The notes under the pieces were generated by a model, which made no database searches, was not told where the DNA came from, and saw only the letters and a list, made by a program, of their open reading frames with translations. Below, piece after piece: positions 1 to 11,700 of a stretch of DNA of 31,434 nucleotides. Location of the stretch: NCBI GenBank assembly GCA_002269645.1, contig NIVC01001227.1, positions 1 to 31,434 of the forward strand, given 5' to 3'. Origin of the DNA: Macrostomum lignano (Eukaryota). Every line of letters begins with the position of its first letter. The first letter of the stretch is position 1. Both the position numbers and the translations under genes were made by a program.

Positions 1-373
1 AGAGCACAGGAAGGCATCCCATACTGTACTGTACAAGCTGCAGTTCCAGATGGAATAAAAAGCACAATTTGATTGATGCAGCCAGGTTCCGTCGATTCGA
101 AATTCGAATTACTTCTGCATCCAAGTAAAGTCGTCTCATACGGTGTATGTACGTTGACTAGCTAAAGAGAGTAAAAGCATGTCAATGAGCATTTCGTTAA
201 ACTATTAATTACACCAGTCCCGTCTGTCTGCATGCGACCAGTTTTTTTTGTAAATGCTTCACTGGCTTGCACAAGATTATATTAACCAGCAAGCTTAGTG
301 AGGCGGATTTGCATGTTTTTATTACTAGTCTCCGCTGCTTGTGGGCTGCTCACAATGTGCTTTTACGTATAGA

Positions 374-394
374 TCTCTCTCTCTCCTCCTCTCT

Positions 395-476
<82 letters not shown>

Positions 477-490
477 TCTCTCTCTCTTCT
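374..490. repeat. (CT)n dinucleotide microsatellite, lightly interrupted
   Basis: About 115 bp of CTCTCT with a few CTT/CTAT interruptions, read directly. Confidence 0.97.
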
Positions 491-648
491 GTCTGTCTAT
501 GTGCCCACTTTAACTAATTCTGAGCTCTTAACGATTAAAATTAGCTCACAATAAATTGTAATTAGGCTCAAGAGAGCAAATTCTAATATTCGTGCACTTT
601 CTAGGACTTACTTGTATCTCCTCTATCTAACTTTCCCCAGCTTCTATA

Positions 649-1266
649 CTGTCTAGCCTCCCTCTATCCGCTGTCTACCCTCCAATCTATCGCTGCTACC
701 CTCAATCCACGACCGCTGTCTACCCTCCACTCTATCCTCTGTCTTCCCTCCCTTCTATCTTCTGTCTACTCTCCCCCTCAATCCGCTGTCTACTCTCCCC
801 TCAATCCGCTGTCTACTCTCCCCCTCAATCCGCTGTCTACCCTCCCCTTCTATCTTCTGTCTACTCTCCCCCTCAATCGCGTGTCTACCCTCCCTTCTAT
901 CTCTGTCTACCCTCTCTCTCTATCTTCTGTCTACTCTCCCTCTATCGCTGTCTACCCTTCCTCAATCTCTGTCTACCCTCCCCTTCTATCTTCTGTCTAC
1001 TCTCCCCCTCAATCCGCTGTCTACCCTCCCCTTCTATCTTCTGTCTACTCTCCCCTCTATCCGCTGTCTACTCTCCCCCTCAATCCGCTGTCTACTCTCC
1101 CCTCAATCCGCTGTATACTCTCCCCTCTATCCGCTGTCTACCCTTCCTCAATCCTCTGTCTACCCTCCCTTCTATCCGCTGTCTACTCTCCCCTCTATCC
1201 GCTGTCTACTCTCCCTCTATCCGCTGTCTACTCTCCCCTCTATCCTCTGTCCACCCTCCCCTCTAT
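649..1266. repeat. 23-24-bp C-rich minisatellite, consensus CTACTCTCCCCTCTATCCGCTGT, about 26 copies
   Basis: Recurrent GTCTAC(T/C)CTCCCC and ATCCGCTGT motifs at 23-24-nt spacing. Copies are more degenerate at the left (650-760) and cleaner at the right (1040-1240). Confidence 0.92.
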
Positions 1267-1624
1267 CATAAAGTTTTAGAATTCTAGGGCACACTAGACA
1301 ATGATTTAAAAAGTCAAGTCTAAATTTTTATGACTTTATGATTTCTCGGTTTTCAGCCCAGAGATTTTACAGCTTTGCACTCAAATTTGAACAATGCATG
1401 CCAATTGATCTTTTCCTATACAGAGTTTTAATTTTCTCTTTTTACTTTGCCATTGTTTCACCATTGTTTCAAAACAGAATTCGTCACGCACGCCAGCAGA
1501 ACTCTGACAATAAACCATACTGACGGGCCAGACAGACGGGACTGTTTCTCAGAAAATTATGAAAATGCAAATAATTCCTAAGTATGCATCATCTTTCAGG
1601 CTCTCCCAGACTCTTTCCACTTCT

Positions 1625-2275
<651 letters not shown>

Positions 2276-2589
2276 CACCTCTCACACACTAGAGCTGACT
2301 TTATTAGCGAATGAAAGCTGCCAGAAAAGTATTTGAGAGCGAAAGCCACTGCCTGAATAAATTTTGCTTACAGAGAAACTTGATACGCACTCAATGAGAT
2401 TAAGACAGTGCAGTTACCGCAGCACACAACAGGTTTTCAACCTGCTCACTGCAGAGCAAGCAATGATGATGTTTTGGTTGAACTAAAAAAACTAGCGATC
2501 AAGTATCTCAAGTTGATGGAGCCTATAGGTAAGGAGTGGGAAGGAGGCTAGGTAACTATAGGCCTGTTATTGGGACATCAATTTTAATC

Positions 2590-3620
2590 AGATCGTCCCC
2601 GCTTGAGTCAGGCGGCCCGGCCCGTCTCCTCTCAAATGGCGCAGAGACGAGGAAGAGGAGATGAGGGACCGCGATTTCCTCTAGGGGATTTTCGCTTTTT
2701 TCTTTTTCTTGCCCAGATTTCTCATGGCCGCGATTCGTGGACGTCTTTATAATGGGATCTGGACTGGTAACCCTGCGCGCCGCGCCAAAATATGATCAAT
2801 GAAGCATCTGCAAAGGCTGTTTTAATAATTATTTATTTAACTATTTTTGGTGCCCCTGCGGCTGAAACGGCGCCCCTGCAGCTGAAATGGCGCCCCTGGT
2901 GCTAAAACGGCGCCGCTGCGGCTGAAATGGCGCCACTGGGGCTGAAATGGCGCCACTGGGGCTGAAATGGCGCTCCTGGTGCTGAAACGGCGCCGCTGTG
3001 GCTGAAATGGCGCCACTGGGGCTGAAATGGCGCCGCTGCGGCTGAAATGGCGCCACTGGGGCTGAAATGGCGCCACTGGTGCTGAAACGGCGCCCCTGAA
3101 GCTGAAATGGCGCCCCTGATGCTGAAATGGCGCCCCTGATGCTGAAATGGCGCCACTGGGGCTGAAATGGCGCCACTGGTGCTGAAATGGCGCCCCTGGT
3201 GCTGAAATGGCGCCCCTGATGCTGAAATGGCGCCCCTGATGCTGAAACGGCACCCCTGGAGCTGAAATGGCGCCCTGGTGCTGAAATGGTCAAATGAAAT
3301 GGCACTCCCTAAAATAAAGTTGAGCCCCTTAATATGAAATGGCGCCCCTAAAATGGAATACGCCCCTAAAATAAAATGTGTCCCTAAAGTGAAAATGGCG
3401 CCCTCTAAAATGGAATGGCGCCATTCAGATGAAAAAGCGCCCCCCACTCATATGCGGAGGAGACAGTTTTCAGTTTCTGCTCAATTTCCCAACAAACTTC
3501 ATGGCCAGTAGCTATTCCTTTCAGTCCAGATATTTTAAAGGTCCCTGTCGGGATGCGCCACCCCAATACCGCGCGCCCCCTGATTAGTGGGGTCATAAAT
3601 CAAAAGTGTGCGAATGCGGT
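2590..3620. promoter_or_regulatory. Locally CpG-dense, GC-rich island-like segment containing the 20-mer array
   Basis: Frequent CG dinucleotides (GGCGGCCCGGCCCG, GCGCGCCGCGCC, GGCGCC in each 20-mer, CCGCGCGCCCCC), compared with the AT-rich flanks and the CpG-free 45-mer satellite. Regulatory function is inference only. Confidence 0.25.
2851..3425. repeat. 20-bp minisatellite, consensus GCTGAAATGGCGCCCCTGGT, about 22 in-register copies (2851-3290) plus degenerate AATGGCGCC copies to about 3425
   Basis: A strict 20-nt register is visible from 2861 to 3270. Each unit carries the palindrome GGCGCC or a 1-nt variant of it. Confidence 0.95.
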
Positions 3621-4460
3621 CTTCTATAAATGACGCCTCTTAATTAATCATCTCATTTTGGTTTACGTGCCGCTTTCATAAACATTTTGGCTACTATTTT
3701 TTAAACCTACTTTTCAGCTTTAGTTTCTTCACTCTTGTCTGTGCGAGCATTGTTTGTTGCAACGGCAAAGATTCAATTTCCCATGGGGACATAATCGACT
3801 CTCCCCCCCCTCCCCTACCCTCGAAAAGCAATAATCCATAAAACCCTGACAGAGGTTCCTAATTTTCATCTTATCAGTTAAAGTTCCTGGGTTGAAGTTT
3901 TCCCCATCGGTTTGTTTATGGATTTTCCTGGAAAAACAGTTTGAAAAAAGCGAAACAGTGAACTTTTTGCATCTTCTCTACTAACTTTAAAAAGTTGTTG
4001 AAATTTTCTCTAGTTCAAAGTAGAGTCAGCCAAAGAAAATGGTAGCTGGTTGTAGATATCCTAGGCTATGCTAACCAGAGACCTCATCATTAGCACTAGG
4101 CTGGGATCTGCCGAAGCAATTTACCAGTAGCTCGACTTTCTAGGCCACCTGTACAAGAGGGCTACCAAGGATTGGACCTTCAGCTGGGAGCTGTCAATTC
4201 ACCTGTCACCATCGCGTTGAACCTTACCCAGGTACCAACAGTCAGACACCGAACACCCGTGATGGAAAAAAACACGTGATGGATCTGTGCACAGCTGTAG
4301 GCGGTACGAAGGGAGATGCAAAAGATTCAGAAACTTCCAGAAACTGGATGTCCTCTGCGTAGCGCACGGAGTTCTTCTTTTATCCATTATTAATGTGTGT
4401 TTTTCTTCTTTTGTACTGTATGAATGTATGAATCTTATTTTTAATACTTATGAATCTAAA

Positions 4461-5318
4461 TCACCCTCAATCACCCACAGTCACCCTCAATCACCCTAAA
4501 TCACCCTCAATCACCCTAAATCACCCTCAATCACCCACAGTCACCCTCAATCACCCTCAATCACTCTCAATCACCCTCAATCACCCACAGTCACCCTCAA
4601 TCACCCTAAATCACCCTAAATCACCTGCAGTCACCCTCAATCACCCTAAATCACACTAAATCACCATCAATCAACCAAAGTCACTCCTAATCACCCTCAA
4701 TCACCCGCAGTCTCCCGCAGTCACCCTCGATCACTCGCAGTCACCCTCAATCACCCTAAATCACCCTCAATCACCCACAGTCACCCTCAATCACTCTCAA
4801 TCACCCTCAATCACCCTAAATCACCCTCAATCACCCTAAATCACCCTCAATCACCCACAGTCACCCTCAATCACCCTCAATCACTCTCAATCACCCTAAA
4901 TCAACCACAGTCACCCACAGTCACCCTCAATCACCCTAAATCACCCTAAATCACCTGCAGTCACCCTCAATCACCCTAAATCACACTAAATCACCATCAA
5001 TCAACCAAAGTCACTCCTAATCACCCTCAATCACCCGCAGTCTCCCGCAGTCACCCTCGATCACTCGCAGTCACCCTCAATCACCCTAAATCACCCTCAA
5101 TCACCCACAGTCACCCTCAATCACTCTCAATCACCCTCAATCACCCTAAATCACCCTCAATCACCCTAAATCACCCTCAATCACCCTAAATCACCCTCAA
5201 TCACCCACAGTCACCCTCAATCACCCTCAATCACTCTCAATCACCCTCAATCACCCACAGTCACCCTCAATCACCCTCAATCGCCCTCAATCACCCTCAA
5301 TCACCCACAGTCACCCTC
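4461..5318. repeat. 10-bp minisatellite (TCACCCTCAA / TCACCCTAAA / TCACCCACAG), about 86 copies with no indels
   Basis: Every 10-nt block from 4461 to 5318 stays in register. Variation is by substitution only. Confidence 0.98.
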
Positions 5319-5766
5319 TCATTCACTCAATTTCCTCAATTCGTACGCATATATTATGGCTCAGTATCGATACGCTAGTTACTACACATATTATAGACCA
5401 TATATTGCATATAGAATCCCATTCTCCCACTCAACATTCACCACTTTTCCTTTCCCATTGAATCCCGCCGCCCACAACCAAGCAAGTATTGTTAATCTAG
5501 CATACTAAAAAAACGATTTTAGCACTTTATATACGAATAGGATTAATGAAGTTCCATCACCATTTTTAAGCCCAATAACCGGGTTGCTGGGCGTCTCGGG
5601 TTGCACTAGAGCCAAAAATAGAGTTAGCACCATGGATGCTTTAAGGACGCTTAATGTCCTTTAATACCATAAAATATTGGCTGTATGACCTTGGGTATTT
5701 AATTATGTCTATTACTTCCTGAACATTTACCTTAATTTAATTAAAGCGTTTAATTAAGCAAATTAC

Positions 5767-8700
5767 CTGACACATTCACCGATACCTCCTGAGTGACACA
5801 GTCACTGACACAGTACATCCTGGGTGTGTTGTTGGTGTGTCACTGACACAGTCAGTCACTGACACAGTCACCACATCCTGGGTGTGTTGTTGGTGTGTCA
5901 CTGACACAGTCACCAATGCATCCTGGTTTGCTGTTGGTGTGTCACTGACACAGTCACCAATGCATCCTGGGTGTGTGTTGGTGTGTCACTGACACAGTCA
6001 CCAATGCATCCTGGTTTGCTGTTGGTGTGTCACTGACACAGTCACCAATGCATCCTGGGTGTGCTGTTGGTGTGTCACTGACACAGTCACCAATGCATCC
6101 TGGGTGTGCTGTTGGTGTGTCACTGACACAGTCACCAATGCATCCTGGGTGTGTTGTTGGTGTGTCACTGACACAGTCACCAATGCATCCTGGGTGTGTG
6201 TTGGTGTGTCACTGACACAGTCACCAATGCATCCTGGGTGTGCTGTTGGTGTGTCACTGACACAGTCACCAATGCATCCTGGGTGTGCTGTTGGTGTGTC
6301 ACTGACACAGTCACCAATGCATCCTGGGTGTGCTGTTGGTGTGTCACTGACACAGTCACCAATGCATCCTGGGTGTGTTGTTGGTGTGTCACTGACACAG
6401 TCACCAATGCATCCTGGGTGTGTTGTTGGTGTGTCACTGACACAGTCACCAATGCATCCTGGGTGTGCTGTTGGTGTGTCACTGACACAGTCACCAATGC
6501 ATCCTGGTGTGTTGTTGGTGTGTCACTGACACAGTCACCAATGCATCCTGGTGTGTTGTTGGTGTGTCACTGACACAGTCACCAATGCATCCTGGGTGTG
6601 TTGTTGGTGTGTCACTGACACAGTCACCAATGCATCCTGGTGTGTTGTTGGTGTGTCACTGACACAGTCACCAATGCATCCTGGGTGTGTGTTGGTGTGT
6701 CACTGACACAGTCACCAATGCATCCTGGGTGTGTTGGTGTGTCACTGACACAGTCACCAATGCATCCTGGGTGTGTGTTGGTGTGTCACTGACACAGTCA
6801 CCAATGCATCCTGGGTGTGTTGTTGGTGTGTCACTGACACAGTCACCAATGCATCCTGGTGTGTTGTTGGTGTGTCACTGACACAGTCACCAATGCATCC
6901 TGGGTGTGTTGTTGGTGTGTCACTGACACAGTCACCAATGCATCCTGGGTGTGTTGTTGGTGTGTCACTGACACAGTCACCAATGCATCCTGGGTGTGTT
7001 GTTGGTGTGTCACTGACACAGTCACCAATGCATCCTGGGTGTGCTGTTGGTGTGTCACTGACACAGTCACCAATGCATCCTGGGTGTGTTGTTGGTGTGT
7101 CACTGACACAGTCACCAATGCATCCTGGGTGTGTTGTTGGTGTGTCACTGACACAGTCACCAATGCATCCTGGTGTGTTGTTGGTGTGTCACTGACACAG
7201 TCACCAATGCATCCTGGTGTGTTGTTGGTGTGTCACTGACACAGTCACCAATGCATCCTGGGTGTGTTGTTGGTGTGTCACTGACACAGTCACCAATGCA
7301 TCCTGGGTGTGTTGTTGGTGTGTCACTGACACAGTCACCAATGCATCCTGGTGTGTTGTTGGTGTGTCACTGACACAGTCACCAATGCATCCTGGGTGTG
7401 TTGTTGGTGTGTCACTGACACAGTCACCAATGCATCCTGGTGTGTTGTTGGTGTGTCACTGACACAGTCACCAATGCATCCTGGTGTGTTGTTGGTGTGT
7501 CACTGACACAGTCACCAATGCATCCTGGGTGTGTTGTTGGTGTGTCACTGACACAGTCACCAATGCATCCTGGGTGTGTTGTTGGTGTGTCACTGACACA
7601 GTCACCAATGCATCCTGGTGTGTTGTTGGTGTGTCACTGACACAGTCACCAATGCATCCTGGGTGTGTTGTTGGTGTGTCACTGACACAGTCACCAATGC
7701 ATCCTGGGTGTGTTGTTGGTGTGTCACTGACACAGTCACCAATGCATCCTGGTGTGTTGTTGGTGTGTCACTGACACAGTCACCAATGCATCCTGGTGTG
7801 TTGTTGGTGTGTCACTGACACAGTCACCAATGCATCCTGGGTGTGTTGTTGGTGTGTCACTGACACAGTCACCAATGCATCCTGGTGTGTTGTTGGTGTG
7901 TCACTGACACAGTCACCAATGCATCCTGGGTGTGTTGTTGGTGTGTCACTGACACAGTCACCAATGCATCCTGGGTGTGTTGTTGGTGTGTCACTGACAC
8001 AGTCACCAATGCATCCTGGGTGTGTTGTTGGTGTGTCACTGACACAGTCACCAATGCATCCTGGGTGTGTTGTTGGTGTGTCACTGACACAGTCACCAAT
8101 GCATCCTGGTGTGTTGTTGGTGTGTCACTGACACAGTCACCAATGCATCCTGGGTGTGTTGTTGGTGTGTCACTGACACAGTCACCAATGCATCCTGGGT
8201 GTGTTGTTGGTGTGTCACTGACACAGTCACCAATGCATCCTGGGTGTGTTGTTGGTGTGTCACTGACACAGTCACCAATGCATCCTGGGTGTGTTGTTGG
8301 TGTGTCACTGACACAGTCACCAATGCATCCTGGGTGTGTTGTTGGTGTGTCACTGACACAGTCACCAATGCATCCTGGGTGTGTTGTTGGTGTGTCACTG
8401 ACACAGTCACCAATGCATCCTGGGTGTGTTGTTGGTGTGTCACTGACACAGTCACCAATGCATCCTGGTGTGTTGTTGGTGTGTCACTGACACAGTCACC
8501 AATGCATCCTGGGTGTGTTGTTGGTGTGTCACTGACACAGTCACCAATGCATCCTGGTGTGTTGTTGGTGTGTCACTGACACAGTCACCAATGCATCCTG
8601 GGTGTGTTGTTGGTGTGTCACTGACACAGTCACCAATGCATCCTGGGTGTGTTGTTGGTGTGTCACTGACACAGTCACCAATGCATCCTGGGTGTGTTGT

Positions 8701-11700
8701 TGGTGTGTCACTGACACAGTCACCAATGCATCCTGGGTGTGTTGTTGGTGTGTCACTGACACAGTCACCAATGCATCCTGGGTGTGTTGTTGGTGTGTCA
8801 CTGACACAGTCACCAATGCATCCTGGTGTGTTGTTGGTGTGTCACTGACACAGTCACCAATGCATCCTGGGTGTGTTGTTGGTGTGTCACTGACACAGTC
8901 ACCAATGCATCCTGGGTGTGTTGTTGGTGTGTCACTGACACAGTCACCAATGCATCCTGGTGTGTTGTTGGTGTGTCACTGACACAGTCACCAATGCATC
9001 CTGGGTGTGTTGTTGGTGTGTCACTGACACAGTCACCAATGCATCCTGGGTGTGTTGTTGGTGTGTCACTGACACAGTCACCAATGCATCCTGGGTGTGT
9101 TGTTGGTGTGTCACTGACACAGTCACCAATGCATCCTGGGTGTGTTGTTGGTGTGTCACTGACACAGTCACCAATGCATCCTGGGTGTGTTGTTGGTGTG
9201 TCACTGACACAGTCACCAATGCATCCTGGGTGTGTTGTTGGTGTGTCACTGACACAGTCACCAATGCATCCTGGGTGTGTTGTTGGTGTGTCACTGACAC
9301 AGTCACCAATGCATCCTGGTGTGTTGTTGGTGTGTCACTGACACAGTCACCAATGCATCCTGGGTGTGTTGTTGGTGTGTCACTGACACAGTCACCAATG
9401 CATCCTGGGTGTGTTGTTGGTGTGTCACTGACACAGTCACCAATGCATCCTGGGTGTGTTGTTGGTGTGTCACTGACACAGTCACCAATGCATCCTGGGT
9501 GTGTTGTTGGTGTGTCACTGACACAGTCACCAATGCATCCTGGGTGTGTTGTTGGTGTGTCACTGACACAGTCACCAATGCATCCTGGTGTGTTGTTGGT
9601 GTGTCACTGACACAGTCACCAATGCATCCTGGTGTGTTGTTGGTGTGTCACTGACACAGTCACCAATGCATCCTGGGTGTGTTGTTGGTGTGTCACTGAC
9701 ACAGTCACCAATGCATCCTGGGTGTGTTGTTGGTGTGTCACTGACACAGTCACCAATGCATCCTGGGTGTGTTGTTGGTGTGTCACTGACACAGTCACCA
9801 ATGCATCCTGGTGTGTTGTTGGTGTGTCACTGACACAGTCACCAATGCATCCTGGGTGTGTTGTTGGTGTGTCACTGACACAGTCACCAATGCATCCTGG
9901 TGTGTTGTTGGTGTGTCACTGACACAGTCACCAATGCATCCTGGGTGTGTTGTTGGTGTGTCACTGACACAGTCACCAATGCATCCTGGTGTGTTGTTGG
10001 TGTGTCACTGACACAGTCACCAATGCATCCTGGGTGTGTTGTTGGTGTGTCACTGACACAGTCACCAATGCATCCTGGTGTGTTGTTGGTGTGTCACTGA
10101 CACAGTCACCAATGCATCCTGGTGTGTTGTTGGTGTGTCACTGACACAGTCACCAATGCATCCTGGTGTGTTGTTGGTGTGTCACTGACACAGTCACCAA
10201 TGCATCCTGGGTGTGTTGTTGGTGTGTCACTGACACAGTCACCAATGCATCCTGGTGTGTTGTTGGTGTGTCACTGACACAGTCACCAATGCATCCTGGG
10301 TGTGTTGTTGGTGTGTCACTGACACAGTCACCAATGCATCCTGGGTGTGTTGTTGGTGTGTCACTGACACAGTCACCAATGCATCCTGGGTGTGTTGTTG
10401 GTGTGTCACTGACACAGTCACCAATGCATCCTGGTGTGTTGTTGGTGTGTCACTGACACAGTCACCAATGCATCCTGGGTGTGTTGTTGGTGTGTCACTG
10501 ACACAGTCACCAATGCATCCTGGGTGTGTTGTTGGTGTGTCACTGACACAGTCACCAATGCATCCTGGTGTGTTGTTGGTGTGTCACTGACACAGTCACC
10601 AATGCATCCTGGGTGTGTTGTTGGTGTGTCACTGACACAGTCACCAATGCATCCTGGGTGTGTTGTTGGTGTGTCACTGACACAGTCACCAATGCATCCT
10701 GGTGTGTTGTTGGTGTGTCACTGACACAGTCACCAATGCATCCTGGTGTGTTGTTGGTGTGTCACTGACACAGTCACCAATGCATCCTGGTGTGTTGTTG
10801 GTGTGTCACTGACACAGTCACCAATGCATCCTGGTGTGTTGTTGGTGTGTCACTGACACAGTCACCAATGCATCCTGGGTGTGTTGTTGGTGTGTCACTG
10901 ACACAGTCACCAATGCATCCTGGGTGTGTTGTTGGTGTGTCACTGACACAGTCACCAATGCATCCTGGGTGTGTTGTTGGTGTGTCACTGACACAGTCAC
11001 CAATGCATCCTGGGTGTGTTGTTGGTGTGTCACTGACACAGTCACCAATGCATCCTGGGTGTGTTGTTGGTGTGTCACTGACACAGTCACCAATGCATCC
11101 TGGGTGTGTTGTTGGTGTGTCACTGACACAGTCACCAATGCATCCTGGGTGTGTTGTTGGTGTGTCACTGACACAGTCACCAATGCATCCTGGGTGTGTT
11201 GTTGGTGTGTCACTGACACAGTCACCAATGCATCCTGGGTGTGTTGTTGGTGTGTCACTGACACAGTCACCAATGCATCCTGGTGTGTTGTTGGTGTGTC
11301 ACTGACACAGTCACCAATGCATCCTGTGTGTTGTTGGTGTGTCACTGACACAGTCACCAATGCATCCTGGTGTGTTGTTGGTGTGTCACTGACACAGTCA
11401 CCAATGCATCCTGGGTGTGTTGTTGGTGTGTCACTGACACAGTCACCAATGCATCCTGGGTGTGTTGTTGGTGTGTCACTGACACAGTCACCAATGCATC
11501 CTGGGTGTGTTGTTGGTGTGTCACTGACACAGTCACCAATGCATCCTGGTGTGTTGTTGGTGTGTCACTGACACAGTCACCAATGCATCCTGGGTGTGTT
11601 GTTGGTGTGTCACTGACACAGTCACCAATGCATCCTGGTGTGTTGTTGGTGTGTCACTGACACAGTCACCAATGCATCCTGGGTGTGTTGTTGGTGTGTC

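Larger units (their letters stand above)
215..1544. repeat. 16-bp perfect inverted repeat pair (215-230 / 1529-1544) enclosing 1.33 kb; possible termini of a non-autonomous DNA element
   Basis: CAGTCCCGTCTGTCTG at 215-230 is the exact reverse complement of CAGACAGACGGGACTG at 1529-1544. No target-site duplication is visible (left flank ...ATTACAC, right flank TTTCTC...), so only the inverted repeat itself is firm. Confidence 0.6.

Noticed and set aside
267-1279. ORFs 267-554 and 881-1279
   Set aside because: They are largely derived from the (CT)n tract and the 23-mer, with no recognisable domain.
2837-3447. GAISAPGAPFQ-type ORFs
   Set aside because: These are translations of the 20-mer minisatellite in three frames.
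4287-4499. Defensin-like C-x6-C in HSCRRYEGRCKRF
   Set aside because: The remaining cysteine spacing of beta-defensins is absent, there is no signal peptide, and the ORF runs into the 10-mer repeat.
4461-5318. True or interstitial telomere tract
   Set aside because: There is no run of pure TTAGGG or TTTAGGG. The motif occurs only embedded in a minority variant of a 10-bp unit.
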